A stretch of DNA of 62,964 nucleotides, filler included, from Stramenopiles sp. TOSAG23-3 (taxonomy: Eukaryota): the NCBI GenBank assembly GCA_900128585.1. It is 45 parts of 45 records of this genome, joined end to end, with 100 filler letters (N's around TTAATTAATTAA, not from the genome) between each part and the next. Parts side by side here need not be neighbours in the genome. Positions count along the whole stretch, not along the records: positions 44,972 to 46,265 come from LT646085.1; positions 46,366 to 47,658 come from LT646086.1; positions 47,759 to 49,051 come from LT646087.1; positions 49,152 to 50,444 come from LT646088.1; positions 50,545 to 51,837 come from LT646089.1; positions 51,938 to 53,229 come from LT646090.1; positions 53,330 to 54,621 come from LT646091.1; positions 54,722 to 56,013 come from LT646092.1; 37 more parts are not named here. One strand, given 5' to 3'. A program made the translations under genes and the position numbers. The notes beneath the pieces are model-generated. The model was given only the letters and a program-made list of their open reading frames with translations. It was not told the DNA's origin and did no database searches. Of the stretch, positions 45,368-57,978 are shown one piece after another. Every line of letters starts with the position of its first letter. The first letter of the stretch is position 1.

Positions 45368-46265
45368 ATGGACTCTTTGACCCCAGTGCTTGGGCCCGTG
45401 GCCATGCTGTGCACTTTAAAGTGCCTCTTGGCCCGGCGCGAGAAACTGTGGCTTGAAAACGTCCAGGGCGTCTCGGCGCTGCGGTGGGTGAAAAAGCAGT
45501 CGAAAGACACGATTGGTCGGGTCGGTGACCCGAAGGAAGAGGGGAAAACGGAGGAGTACGACCGCTTGTTGAGCATGTACGAGAGCAAAGACAAAATCCC
45601 TTACGTTTTAAAGATTGGGGAGAAGCACTACTACAACTTCTGGACGGACGACAAGCACGTCCGTGGGATCTGGCGCCGAACAACCCTGGAGTCTTACGCC
45701 ACCAAGACCCCGGAATGGGAGACGGTGCTAGACGTTGATGCGCTGAACGAAAAGGAAGGGAAATCGTTCGTGTGGAAAGGGTCGACCGTGCTGCACGAGG
45801 GCCCTAACTCGGAGAACCCCAAGGGGGAGCTTTGCTTCGTAAAGCTCAGCCCTGGTGGGAGTGACGCCGTGGAGTACCGCGAGTTCGACTTGCTGAAGAA
45901 GGAGTTTGTCCCGAACGGTTTTTTCATCCCCGAGGCCAAGTCGCGGGTAGCGTGGTACGACCGAGACACCGTCTACGTCGGGACGGACGATGGCTCTCCG
46001 GGGGCGATGACCCACAGCGGGTACCCGAGGACCGTGAAACAATGGGTTCGCGGAACCCCGCTCAAGAGCGCCCCGGTTGTCTTTCAGGGAACGGAGGAAG
46101 ATATGATGGTCCTCGCGTGGCACTCCCATGACGCGCGGGGGTATGAGTACGAATGCCGGCAGGTGATAGTCGACTTCTACACGTCGCGCTACACGGCGCG
46201 AGAGATGAAGAGCGGCGGGGGCGACGGGGCCTGGCACAAGCTGGCGATCCCGCACGACGCCCAGT
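45368..46265 (+). CDS. Prolyl oligopeptidase (S9A), N-terminal region
   Basis: WLENVQGVSALRWV, YYNFWTD..HVRGIWRRTT, WETVLDVDAL, LSPGGSDAV..REFDL, SGYPR.VK.W.RGTPL. Confidence 0.92.
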
Positions 46266-46610
46266 NNNNNNNNNNNNNNNNNNNNNNNNNNNNNNNNNNN
46301 NNNNNNNNNTTAATTAATTAANNNNNNNNNNNNNNNNNNNNNNNNNNNNNNNNNNNNNNNNNNNNCTCTCTTCTTCTTCTTCTTCTTCTTCTTCTTCGGT
46401 CTTCTTCTCTTCTTTTGATTGTTGATTGTTCAGTGGTTTTACCAACATTTAATTATGCACTATAAATAAAGAAGTGAAGAGACCGTGAATGTGCGTGAGT
46501 ACGGGAGAAAGAAAGTGCAGCAGAATGCAAATTGTAGAGTTCGAAACGAAAAGAAATATTGGTGATACCATTAACACAAGTAGTACGGGCCGCGTCGTTT
46601 TTGCCGGAGA

Positions 46611-47658
46611 ATGGCAGATGTGGGGAACAATGTGCTAAGGCAGTTTCTAGACGCAGGGTTTGTTCAACTGTCCCAAGTAATAGATAAAGATACCGTCGAA
46701 GGGTTTGTAGAGCAGATTCGTGATGAGTTGGCCAGCACTAGTAAAGTAGAAAAGGAGCGCTCCATTGGTTGCGTTGTCCTGGCAGACAAGTCTACGTGGC
46801 CGCAAGGCAAGAAGCGGCGTGTAGTAGAGTGTGCGCCTGCGGGGGTCGGGGCGCACTGGGAAAAACTGAAGTCGGCGTCGAAATTCTGTGACGCTCTTGA
46901 TGAAATTGTTGGTCCATCGTGCTGGGAGCTTCCGTTCAACAAGCTGCAATCCAACGACAACGACGATGAATCTGCCAAAGTTCCCCCCGTACGCCATTGG
47001 TACTTCCCAATAACTTTTCCCGAAACATTTTACAACAACAATTCAGCCACGTTACGCCCAACGGGCGAGACGGACCAAGTGCCTTCCCATCCACATCTTG
47101 CTCTCTTACGTTCGAACCGTGAAGAGCTTCAGATCGACGGTCCGTTCACAAACGAGGAAGTTGATGCGCCCACCCGCTGGCAGCCTGTTAGTCGTCGGCG
47201 CGTGCGGGGCAAAGGTTGGCACCTTGACTCAGGGCCAGGATTTGGCAACGATGACGTTCGCACATCCATCGGGCACCCTTACCAGTGTGTTGTCGTGCTG
47301 CTGCTTCTGTCCGACTGTTTGCCAGGCGGTGGGGGAACATGCCTCTACCCGTACTCGCACAAGCTGGTTCAAAAGAAGCTTAGAGAAGTAGGAAACCAGG
47401 GGATGACGCACCATGAGCTTAACACGTGGTGTGTTTCGGAAATGAAAGATTTGATACAGCGGGGAAAGATCTCGCTAGTGCCCGGGGGAATTAAGCGATT
47501 CAACCATCGACAGGAGGGCGCTGCCCCCCAAATTATAGGGCGAGCTGGAGACGTCGTCCTGATGCACCCTTTGCTCATTCACAGCGGCACCACCAACCTG
47601 CGGCCAGAGTTGAGATTGATGGGGAACGGCATGGTCAGAATGAAGAAAGAAGTGTTCG
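46611..47658 (+). CDS. PhyH-like Fe(II)/2-oxoglutarate dioxygenase, partial
   Basis: FLDAGFV, WHLD, GGGT, GRAGDVVLMHPLLIHS, R.MGN. Confidence 0.85.
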
Positions 47659-47760
47659 NNNNNNNNNNNNNNNNNNNNNNNNNNNNNNNNNNNNNNNNNN
47701 NNTTAATTAATTAANNNNNNNNNNNNNNNNNNNNNNNNNNNNNNNNNNNNNNNNNNNNTT

Positions 47761-48231
47761 TGGAAGGAGAAGATAAATTTAAAGAAACCGGGGAGCGATG
47801 GGTTCCAGGCACACCAGGATGTGCAAGCGGGGTGGTTGGAGTCAGGGCAAACAGTTCATGTAAGCGTTATGGTCAGCATCGACGCGATGACCGTCGAAAA
47901 CGGCTGCCTTGAAATTGTTAGGGGAATGAATAAACAGGGATTCTTGGGCCCCTTGGGGAAGAAGCTGCCGGACACCGTCGAAAGCTCGATGAAGTGGGAG
48001 CGTGTATTGACAACAAGGAAATCTATTGTCGTTTTTGACGCATTTGTCCCCCACCGGTCGAAGCCCAATTTTTCGCAGGGCCAACGGCGCGGGTTGTTCG
48101 CCACATACATAGCCGAATCCGAGGCATCCTTGCAAACCAACAGGCAGGCATATTACGACAAGAAAAGGTCCACGTTTCCGCCCGATAGTTTGAAAGAAGC
48201 CGGGAGAAACTATCCTGACTACCAGATTTAG
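47761..48231 (+). CDS. PhyH-like dioxygenase, C-terminal part
   Basis: KEKINLKKPG..GF.AHQD, ENGCLE, FDAFVPHRS.PN, RR. Confidence 0.9.
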   Translation, partial: WKEKINLKKPGSDGFQAHQDVQAGWLESGQTVHVSVMVSIDAMTVENGCLEIVRGMNKQGFLGPLGKKLPDTVESSMKWERVLTTRKSIVVFDAFVPHRSKPNFSQGQRRGLFATYIAESEASLQTNRQAYYDKKRSTFPPDSLKEAGRNYPDYQI

Positions 48232-48839
48232 TACGGCGGTGCGAAGAGGTTAGTGCCATTAGGTTCTGGGTTTTGTTGAAAGTCGGAAGTATATTTGCAA
48301 AACTAGAGTACATTTTGAACCATAGCTATAGTTAAAAATTTACATCATTTCGTTAGGAATTCGTTCAAGATTCCTCTTAAAATAAAAGTACTTTTCTTGG
48401 TGGTATAATATTTCGAAGGAAGGAGAATGAAAAATAAGACGGACAAATATATAGGGTAACAATAAAAAGTATAGCAAATACTGTAGTTATTAAAATATAA
48501 GAACTGGATTTAATACTACATAGCAATAGTGTCTAGTATAATTAATATATAAATAGCATTGAGGAGTGTTGAAGTTGTTTTTATTTTTTTTTTTATTAAT
48601 ATTTTTTTAAAATTAATAAATAATAAAATAAACTTATAACTCCAGCCTTTTTTGATATGATGAGACAAATGGGGAAAGGAATTACATTATGTGGAAAAAA
48701 AAACAAAGTAAGTATGATTGAATATGGAGGTGATCGGGTGCGGAAGACATAGTCTTTCACACGTATCTAAAACAGCTTAAACAGACTTTTGCAGTTTTGT
48801 ATCACAAGGCAGTTACTGTTATTATCACGATCGATTGCC

Positions 48840-49051
48840 ATGGGTTCAGGGGCAAGCCTTGAGAGTATTCAAGACATGGACGCAGAGCAACTGGCGCAAG
48901 TTGCAGTGGATAACAAGTGTCCCCCTATCGTGAAGAAGACAATTGAGGAAAACTTTATCGACGGTCCTACGACTCTAGAGCTAAACGATGAAATTATTTC
49001 AACGCTGGCCACATCTCCCCTTCAGAAAGCGCAGCTGCTGGGCGCGTTCCA
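48840..49051 (+). CDS. N-terminus of a predicted myristoylated protein with a SAM-like segment
   Basis: MGSGAS...ENFIDGPTTLEL. Confidence 0.55.
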
Positions 49052-50309
49052 NNNNNNNNNNNNNNNNNNNNNNNNNNNNNNNNNNNNNNNNNNNNTTAAT
49101 TAATTAANNNNNNNNNNNNNNNNNNNNNNNNNNNNNNNNNNNNNNNNNNNNCTCTTCTTCTTCCATCTCCGAAATTGATAAAAACAGAAGAAAAAAAGGA
49201 CGTGGCGTGGCATCGATGTCCTCACAAGTACCGGATCACATCAGGTTCACATCATTAGGAAAAACTTAAATATGTTCCATATTTTGAGTCCATCAAACGA
49301 AGTACCGGAGAGTGGAACAGAAGAAATTAAAAAAATGGGGGGAATGTTCCAAGGCTGTGTACGTGTACTTTATATTCATTAAGAAAAATGTATCTAATGA
49401 TGTGATTGGGTTACTATCGATTAATCTCTGAAAATCAAATTGTAATAGAATACAAGTGTTCTATTCCGTTGAGTTTAAGTATTCCCTCACAAGTCCTTCT
49501 GAACTAAATAATTCTTCTCATTATTGAATGTATGATTGAAAACTTTTTCTATAATTTTACAAAGAAATGTTTGGTATTATTTCTATATAATACGAATCGA
49601 TTTTTCCCATCCATGTCATTTTAAATCACTTCCATTTTATTTCATTTCAGTCTCTTCTGTGTATAAGTCTGTCTAAAACAAGTCCAATGCTATTTCATTC
49701 AAATCAACTCCAAATCACGCACGGACCAACCAATATTTTCACCTTTTGTTCGTAGAATAACGTATGAATAAATATAGTCTAATAATATTTATGCTATCAA
49801 AAACAAAATTGAAATTTACCAGTACCGGTTAAATTTCAGGTCAAAATATTCTAAAATAAGAACAACTATATATCCTTACTAATATATAATAATACCATCA
49901 TGAATTAAGTACTTTAAAACACAGTATTAAATATTACCGTTCTATTTGAAACCATTATTATCATAGGATTATAAATATACATAAGAATACGATATATAAA
50001 TAGTTAAGTTATGGAATTGCACTCAGAAATTATTTTTCTATTAATTTACTCCTCTTAGATAGGAATAATGTGTACTAAAAGGGACAGTTACCGGCCTTGG
50101 CTTCCTTCCTTTTGCCTTCTACGACAAAATGAATTTTACAGACAGTACATAATAGCATTAAGAAAGGAAGAAGAAAAAAAGGAATGGTGATAATTAATCA
50201 AAGAAGAGCTTTGAACAACTAACAAAGAAAAGAAGAAAAAAAAGCATTAAATAAAAAGAAGACAAAACGTTAAATTAAAAAATAATGATGGATGATGAAC
50301 TAAAACTAA

Positions 50310-50444
50310 AAAAAGAAGCAGCAGCAAGAAGAAAAGAAGAAAAAAGAAAAGAAGAAAAAAGAAGCAAGAAGAAGAGAAAAGAAAAGAAGAGAAGAAGAGA
50401 AGAAGAGAAGAAGAGAAGAGGAGAAGAAGAGAAAAGAAAGAAAC
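50310..50444 (+). repeat. GA-rich low-complexity tract
   Basis: Directly visible. Confidence 0.85.
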
Positions 50445-50700
50445 NNNNNNNNNNNNNNNNNNNNNNNNNNNNNNNNNNNNNNNNNNNNTTAATTAATTAA
50501 NNNNNNNNNNNNNNNNNNNNNNNNNNNNNNNNNNNNNNNNNNNNAATCTTGACCAGAACTTGGGGAGGATCTGCAATAGGAGGAGACATTGTTCTTGAAC
50601 TGACACCTTCTTTTTTTCTTTTAATTTTAATTACTATAAAATAACAGCCAATTTTTCTTGTTTTTAAAAAGCGTCTTTTAGGCCGGGGCTTCCTGGCAAA

Positions 50701-51564
50701 TTACTCTTGGGCAGCCCCAAAAGGTCGAGGCTGCGTCTTATACATGTGCATTGCCAGCTTAGGGTTACCACCAAGCCGGGCACAGTCAATGCATGTGACA
50801 GAAGGATCAGTTTCTGTTTTCAACCAAGCGTCCCATCCTAATTCCATCAGAAGCTCAACTATTTCCCAATTGCCTGTATATGCGGCTGCATGAAGTGCAG
50901 TTCTACCGTCCCCAGATTCAACCTTCCTTCGCCAGTTTGCCCTGTACAATGGTAGCCGCTCAACGCACCTGGTGGGAAAGATACCGAAACCCTCCCCAAG
51001 CATCCGTGGCGAATTCGGATCCAAAGTGCCGGTCCAGAAACGTTTGCTTTTCTGTTCTTGTCCTGTTACAGGATCTAAACACCCATAAACAACGCTTCCT
51101 GCTGTCAGATGCAATTGATCATGGCCTGTGTCGATGGAATACTGCGGTTTATATTCCTCTATTACCTTTAGTATAGCATACGGAAATTCCTTTTTGAAGA
51201 CTTCGGCCGGCTCATCCGTCAATTCTACAAATCGCCGTTCCCAGTGGTACTTCAGCAGTTTTCGCTTTTCCAGCGCGGCTTGAACCAGCTTCAAGTCGCC
51301 ATCTAAGCAACTGCGGAAGAGGGCCATGTTTTGGTCTCCTGGGCTGTGCTTCATATCTAATGTAGTCCATAATTTTCGTATTTCAACTTTTGTAGGTTGC
51401 CATACATGTATGTCGACAACTTTCGCTGTTGCAACTGCTACCGCAACGCTGAACTCGCCGGTCGCAACAACGCCATCTTTCACGGCAATCCCAGTTGAAA
51501 TTGCCGTGTTTTTAATTATCTCACCGGTTTCAACTAACCTCTCCGAGGAAAATACATTGCCCAT
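50701..51564 (-). CDS. Ankyrin protein with an SH3-like insert and MG start, complete
   Basis: MGNVFS; ALFRSC..GDLKLVQ; KVIEEY...QLHLTAGSVV...WTG...GIFPTRCVE; GRTALHAAAYTGN. Confidence 0.75.
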   Translation of the reverse strand: MGNVFSSERLVETGEIIKNTAISTGIAVKDGVVATGEFSVAVAVATAKVVDIHVWQPTKVEIRKLWTTLDMKHSPGDQNMALFRSCLDGDLKLVQAALEKRKLLKYHWERRFVELTDEPAEVFKKEFPYAILKVIEEYKPQYSIDTGHDQLHLTAGSVVYGCLDPVTGQEQKSKRFWTGTLDPNSPRMLGEGFGIFPTRCVERLPLYRANWRRKVESGDGRTALHAAAYTGNWEIVELLMELGWDAWLKTETDPSVTCIDCARLGGNPKLAMHMYKTQPRPFGAAQE

Positions 51565-51937
51565 TGAACTTGTTGACGAAAACGAACTCCCAAATGATAC
51601 CTCTGGTGTGATTGGTCGATTTGTACCAACGAAACTTTTCCGGCTGCTAATCTCTCCGCCTTTTTTTCTTTTTCAGGTACAATTGAAATATTTTCATTAC
51701 GTTCTTCATTCACATTATTTTCTCATCATATCTAAAAGTTAAACGAAAAACAGTCAATAAATATGTCCGGATGGGATTTTATGGGGGCTGAGGATAGAGA
51801 CGGCGTACGCTTCTCCTGGAATATGTGGCCATCCTCCNNNNNNNNNNNNNNNNNNNNNNNNNNNNNNNNNNNNNNNNNNNNTTAATTAATTAANNNNNNN
51901 NNNNNNNNNNNNNNNNNNNNNNNNNNNNNNNNNNNNN

Positions 51938-53229
51938 GCCCTTCGGGGCCTTTCGCCTGCCGTGCCCCGGTCTGCAAGGATCCCTGCGTGTCCGTAAGCA
52001 CCTGCGCGTTCGGGTGGGCCACGCGAAACAAAGGGCTCGTTGGTGGAACGCTGGGCTTCCGCTCGGGGTTCGACCTCTTCTTCGATGGGCTTCTAGTGTT
52101 CCGCGGGGGGTGCTCTGGTAAAGGGGTGGGGAAAATGGCCTTGGCCTCCTTTGCCACTTCGTTGTAATACCCTGCGGCTTCCCTGTACACGCGTCTAACG
52201 GTTTTCAAAATATACTGTTGCTGAATCTGATGGTCCGTTTTCCGCTCCTTTCGCTTCTTTGCCATGCCGAACTTAGGGAGCGTCGATAGCCCAGACCTCT
52301 CCGGCTTCGTCCCGTTGTTCCACTGCTGCTCCAAGTTCGACCTGGCCATCGTGGCCTTGTACTCCTTCATTCGCCGTCGCCGTGCAGCCGACATGGAGCT
52401 CTTCGGCAACGGAGTGTTCCACCCAGGCCATTCCACTCCATAATTGCTTGTGACCATGTTTCCCCACCCCGACATGGCCTTCCGCGGCCAGTAAATTATC
52501 TCCGAATTGCCCTTTGAGCTCTTGTCGAGCAACCCCCCCGTCACGTTTGAATTCCCTATTAAGTTGGGGTCTATGGAAGACCCGCCATCGATGTGTGCGT
52601 TTACTCGGCGTGCAAACTTCTTCTTTCGCCTCGCGGACGACCGCTTTTGCTTTCTCCTGTCCCCCCCTGGAGACTTCGGGGCTCGCTTCTGCCTCCACGG
52701 CCTTTCGTAATCCCCAGGCATTTTTTTCTTTTTGGTCGACGAGTCCGTTGCGTGGTTTGAGCTTTTGGTGTCCCCGGTCCCTGCTTGGTCGACAACCTGC
52801 TTGTTGCTGGACTTCTTTCTGGCTGCGGTGTTCGTTCGGGCGTTCTTGCCCCGGACCATTGCCTGCAACTTCGTCGCCGCCACTTCTTCGTCTCGACTCT
52901 GCCGTTTTATCCGATGCCGCTGCCGCGCCCTAAATCCCCTATGAATGCTTTGCAGTTTTACTGCCGCGGCCTTCTTTTCGGCCAGCTCAATGCTCTCAAC
53001 CTTGGGCCGTTCAAACGACCGAATTCGGGCATCTGCCAGCTTCTTATCGCTGCGTCTTCTGCTTTTTCTCCCTCGCTGCAAAGCTTGGAGTTTCGTGGCA
53101 GCTTTTGCTTGCTCATTTATGTCGATGGTTATGTCTTCTTTGATCTGTTCGGCACTTAAATTTTCGTACCTTGGTTCTCTTGAAGATTCATCCCCCTCTA
53201 CCCATATCTCTTCCTTTATTTCTTCCTTC
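51938..53229 (-). CDS. IQ-motif, basic low-complexity protein, partial
   Basis: AATKLQALQRG, AAVKLQSIHRGF, AATKLQAMVRG. Confidence 0.85.
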
Positions 53230-53329
53230 NNNNNNNNNNNNNNNNNNNNNNNNNNNNNNNNNNNNNNNNNNNNTTAATTAATTAANNNNNNNNNNNNNNN
53301 NNNNNNNNNNNNNNNNNNNNNNNNNNNNN

Positions 53330-54205
53330 TACCGATGGAAGCTGTTAGAGTGTGACATGCCTGATCCAGGAACGTATGCCGTCATAGGGATGGCGGCCTT
53401 CATGGGGGGGTCCGGTCGTATTACGGTCATGCTGGCCGCCATTTTGCTCGAGCTGACAGGGGACCCAAAGATGATTGCTCCTATTGGGGCGACCACGATT
53501 GTATCCATGATCGTTGGGAACTTCTTCAACCATGGGCTATACCACGGTCTTATCCCCCTCTTTAATTTGCCCTATCTGAACGCAGAGCCAAGTAGCCTGA
53601 TGTGGATTTCAAAAGTGGAAGAAGTCATGAGCCATCACGTCATCACTATCGTGAAACTTTGCCCCGTAAAGCAGTTGGAAGAATTTGTGGAGCGTATGGA
53701 GGACGGGCACTTCACCCACAACGCTTTCCCTGTGGTTTCCATGGGGTCCCACCTTGAGGGAATAATTACCAGGGAGCAGTTGCATGATGCGTATGAAGCA
53801 GCGCACAGAGATGCAGTTTTGGGTTTTATTAACTTGGAAAATTTCATGGAGCGCTCGCCCTTGAGCGTGTACCCCCACACTCGATTGGGGCGGGCGTACG
53901 AAGTATTTCAAAAAATGCAGCTGAGGCATTTGACAGTGACCAACAAAAGCGGACACATTGTCGGCATGCTCACTAGAAAAAATTTACAAGATTATAAGAT
54001 TCAGAAAAACGCTTCACTTGCTAAGATTCAAGCAGTGATGCGCGGGAAGCTAGCGCGGATAAGGACGGAGAAAAAATTAAAAAGTTTCCGGAAACAAAAA
54101 ACCATCCAGTTAGAAAAAGCCGCAACCAGAGAAGCAAAAAACGAAAGCGCAGAGGACACACCGACTGCCATAGAAAAAGAGCTTCCAAAAAAAGAGACCA
54201 TTTAG
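53330..54205 (+). CDS. CLC chloride channel/antiporter C-terminus with a CBS pair and an IQ motif
   Basis: PGTYAVIGMAAFMGG..R, ELTG, GLY, HNAFPVV, LRHL.V, VGMLTRKNL, IQAVMRGKLAR. Confidence 0.95.
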   Translation, partial: YRWKLLECDMPDPGTYAVIGMAAFMGGSGRITVMLAAILLELTGDPKMIAPIGATTIVSMIVGNFFNHGLYHGLIPLFNLPYLNAEPSSLMWISKVEEVMSHHVITIVKLCPVKQLEEFVERMEDGHFTHNAFPVVSMGSHLEGIITREQLHDAYEAAHRDAVLGFINLENFMERSPLSVYPHTRLGRAYEVFQKMQLRHLTVTNKSGHIVGMLTRKNLQDYKIQKNASLAKIQAVMRGKLARIRTEKKLKSFRKQKTIQLEKAATREAKNESAEDTPTAIEKELPKKETI

Positions 54206-54721
54206 GTGGTTCATTAATTTCATTGAACGTTTTCGGAAAATGGGAAATTTAACACACTACATTATATATTCGTCGATTAAAAACAAAAAACTGGCTGTTT
54301 GTTAGTATTTTAAGTATGATATCATAATATTTTTTTATTTAAATAATAATATTATTAATTTTTTAGAGTGCTGCTGCTTCCATCACATTTTTTCCCGTAG
54401 TTCTACTAAAGTAGGTTCTAGGTTCTAGATTCTAGACACAACTAGTCTAATAATAAACAAAAGGTTTGATCAGTGGAAAGTTGGTTTATGTATCCTTGGA
54501 ATCCTCGTATAATGTCCATACATATTTAATATTATTTATAGCGCTATTCTAGTCGTCTAAATACTACAAAGTGTAGTCTAGCACATGTCTTTCAAACATC
54601 ATTTCGTATTAAATTCGATTTNNNNNNNNNNNNNNNNNNNNNNNNNNNNNNNNNNNNNNNNNNNNTTAATTAATTAANNNNNNNNNNNNNNNNNNNNNNN
54701 NNNNNNNNNNNNNNNNNNNNN

Positions 54722-56013
54722 GAAAAGTCAATGATTGTAACGAATCATTCTCAACTAACTCAAGAAGACATTGACAACCAACATTACCAATCTTATTACC
54801 TTCCAAACCAAGTTGATCCAGCAGCGGAATAGCAGAAACAACATTACTCAACACAGCAAGACCTTCATCTCCTATATTGTTGTCAGACAAAGAAAGGTTC
54901 TTCAAGTTTGGCATTGTTCTTAAGGCCGGAGCGATTGTTCGGCAGCCTTCATCTCCGATATTGTTGGACTGCAAAGAAAGGATCTTCAAGTTTGGCATTG
55001 TTCTTAAGGCCGGAGCGATTGTTCGGCAGCCTTCATCGGTGATCGATTTGGAATAAAGAATCAACGTTCCCGTGAACCCCGCGCCTTGCTTCATCTGGTC
55101 CGCCTTATCCTTCCCGACGACCCTTTCCACGGCGTCCCAATCGACTTTATTCTTCTTCCGCCGGAATTCTTCCGTGAGCCACGTTTTCGTCGTTTCGTCC
55201 TCACTGTACAATCCGACCAGCGCCGCCGGTGCCTGCTCCAAGCCACAGCCGACCATGGCGTCCAGCAACTGCGCCAGGTCCTCTTGCTCCATCTCAACGA
55301 CGTCGTCCATCCCGTCGTCCAGGGCTACCCCGTACTCATCTACCAACCAACCCTTTACGACCGCCTGTGCGGAAGTGGGCAGTAGCGCGAGCCATTCCTG
55401 CACCGTTCGTGCACTCGACGCCTTCGCCTCAACGAACTTCTTCGCGTTTCCGATCACGTCCCCCTTTGTCCACTTTTTCCGCTCCAACGTTTTCAACTGG
55501 GGCAGTAGGGAGCCTTCGACCTTGGCCAAGGGCAGGCTGGCAAGGTCCGCAACGTTGACCACCTCCAGCTCGGCAAAGATCGGCCCCAGAGGTGTCTTTA
55601 TTTTCACCCCTTCGACGGAGTTCACAAACGCATGAGCCGTTTCAACGCCCGCGACGCCCCGGCCCGTCGCTTCGGGCGCCGGGCCCTTGGCCGGCGTGGC
55701 CGTCGGGGACTTCGTTCCTACGCCGCGCGTGCCAATAGTGGTCGACGCCGCCCGAACCTCCCCCTCTGTCCCATTGCCGTTCGCTGCCAGGTTCCGTATG
55801 GTCTCTTCGTGAAACATGACGAACTGGCCGTTGCAGGGCGCATCGTAGTGGTCGTGCAGCATTTTCTCGCCCAACGGCTGCATCCTATTGTTGGTCTTCT
55901 CGTGCACCCGTTCTTGGACGAACGTGAGCAAGTTGTTCGAGGTAGCGTAGGGCTTGTTTCCCATCGCCGCTTGGCGCTCGCCTATCCCGTAGCACAGCGT
56001 TTTGGTGAAGACG
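54722..56013 (-). CDS. Multidomain protein with RNI-like LRRs, partial at both ends
   Basis: LxLxxNNIGDEG 28-aa repeats; upstream segment resembles the end of a caspase-like domain. Confidence 0.8.
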
Positions 56014-56113
56014 NNNNNNNNNNNNNNNNNNNNNNNNNNNNNNNNNNNNNNNNNNNNTTAATTAATTAANNNNNNNNNNNNNNNNNNNNNNNNNNNNNNN
56101 NNNNNNNNNNNNN

Positions 56114-57404
56114 GGGCAAGGTCGGCTTGCAAAGGAGCGTTTGAAAGTTCTGCTGCTCACGAGTATGAACTAAAGAAGCTTGAGTCAGCACATAATATTC
56201 GAATGTCCGACTTGCAAGATGAAATTCAAACCGAACGTATCGGGGAGAAAGAAGCCCTCGCAAGAGTTCAAAAGGAAGCTGATACTGCCATGCAAATCAC
56301 CATGGAAACTCATCGGCAAGTGCTGAAAACGCTCCGAAACACCATTGAGAAGACTGCGACGGAACATCGTCTTGAAATGGCGAAGCAGCTCGACGAAGAA
56401 AAGGCCAGAGGGGCAAACGCAGTTGCAGGCTTGGAAGAGCAGGTTGCCGCGATGAAAACATCGATGGGTTCACTCGCATCCGAAAAGCACATGTTGGAGG
56501 AAGCATTGGAGTCCCAAAAAATTGAAGCAAAGCAAGAGATTCAGCGCTTGAAAGAGGCGGAGGAAAACGAGGAGTTTTTGAACAAGAAGATACAGTCGGA
56601 GCTCAAAGAAATAAGCAGTAAATTTGAGGTGGCACAGACGAAAATGAAGTTGGAGAAGGAAGAGATGGAGAAACAGATTCTTTTGGAAAGAAAATCATCG
56701 ACGGAACGAATCCAACATTCTTCAGACGACTACAAAAAAACTATTGCGAATATGAAAAATGACATTCAGCTCAAGGAGGACATGTTCAAAGAGACTCGCG
56801 AAAAGCACAAAGTTGAAATTGAGAGCCTGAACAAGAAAATGAAACTTCACCTGCACAAGCTCTCTGAAAAATACCTCAAGAACTTAAATGAGTCCCGGAA
56901 TGAGTTTCAAGCGAAATTAGACTTGCTTGAACACCGCATCAAAGAAAAGGACAGCATGTTGAAAACGTTGTCGTTAAGCATCCGATCTACTATGCTGAAG
57001 TCCGTTATGCTGAAAGCAATGGCTGCGCGGAAGCGGCTTGGTTTCTTCAAATGGAAAGCTATCGTTGCTCGTGTAGAGGCGCGAGTGCCTAAGCGTTTGA
57101 GTTTGGGAGTAGTCTCGGCGACACCCAGCGGGCTGCGAACCGCAAACGATAGAGTAAGCACGCCCGTTGCAATTGCGGCAGCAAACCAACTCATCACGGG
57201 GCAAGAACGGACTTCAAGCTCGGGGCGTGTAAAGAAGCGACCTGATCCTTTGCTCTTGGACGAAGTTTCGCCCAAAAGGTTGGAAACTGTTGATACCGCG
57301 CGCACTTCACCTTCGACTTCTTCGAGTGGATCGCGCGGGAAAGTAATTTCCGAGTACAACAAAGCCATGGCATACTACATTAGGTACAGAAAGATGGTTC
57401 GGGA
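56114..57404 (+). CDS. Long coiled-coil protein, partial
   Basis: E/K-rich heptads over about 280 aa. Confidence 0.8.
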
Positions 57405-57504
57405 NNNNNNNNNNNNNNNNNNNNNNNNNNNNNNNNNNNNNNNNNNNNTTAATTAATTAANNNNNNNNNNNNNNNNNNNNNNNNNNNNNNNNNNNNNNNN
57501 NNNN

Positions 57505-57733
57505 TAAACAATTGGTTAAGCCAGCCCCAGCTGCATTACGCGGCTTCAGTTCACCGACGAAAAGGAGCCTGAAGGATTTAGACAGTGTGCTGGTAAAAAT
57601 GTTAGACCACAATATGCATGGTGCGACGAAGAAGAAACTGGCTAGCGCGAAGAAACGTGCCGAAAGGAAGGCCGACGAAGAGAACGAAGAGTACGACGAC
57701 GAAGAGGCGAACGGGGGAGACGATGATTGGTAA
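57505..57733 (+). CDS. 3' end of an unknown protein with an acidic ...DDDW tail
   Basis: Open frame from the contig edge; EEYDDEE...DDDW*. Confidence 0.55.
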
Positions 57734-57821
57734 GATTCTTAGAGAAAAATTATACCAAGTAATACAAAAAATTGGATAAAGTATTATATTTACTTTGTGA
57801 TTGTAAGATACGTTCATGTAA

Positions 57822-57871
57822 TTTACTTTTCTCGTATTTTTACTTTCTCGTATTTTTACTTTCTCGTATTT
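57822..57871 (+). repeat. 16-bp tandem repeat, about 3 copies
   Basis: TACTTTCTCGTATTTT units. Confidence 0.85.
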
Positions 57872-57978
57872 CAGTACTCTAATATTATCTCATACGAAGT
57901 GGTTTTGCTTTTGTCAAAAATGATTGAAGCCTTTGCATGATGGAAACTAAAATCTATTCAATTTTCTTGTTTAATATC

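Noticed and set aside
46611-48231. Apparent pair of adjacent PhyH dioxygenases
   Set aside because: They are on different contigs, adjacent only because of length sorting.
49152-50300. Long AT-rich contig without genes
   Set aside because: No tRNA, ncRNA or coding signal that I could support.
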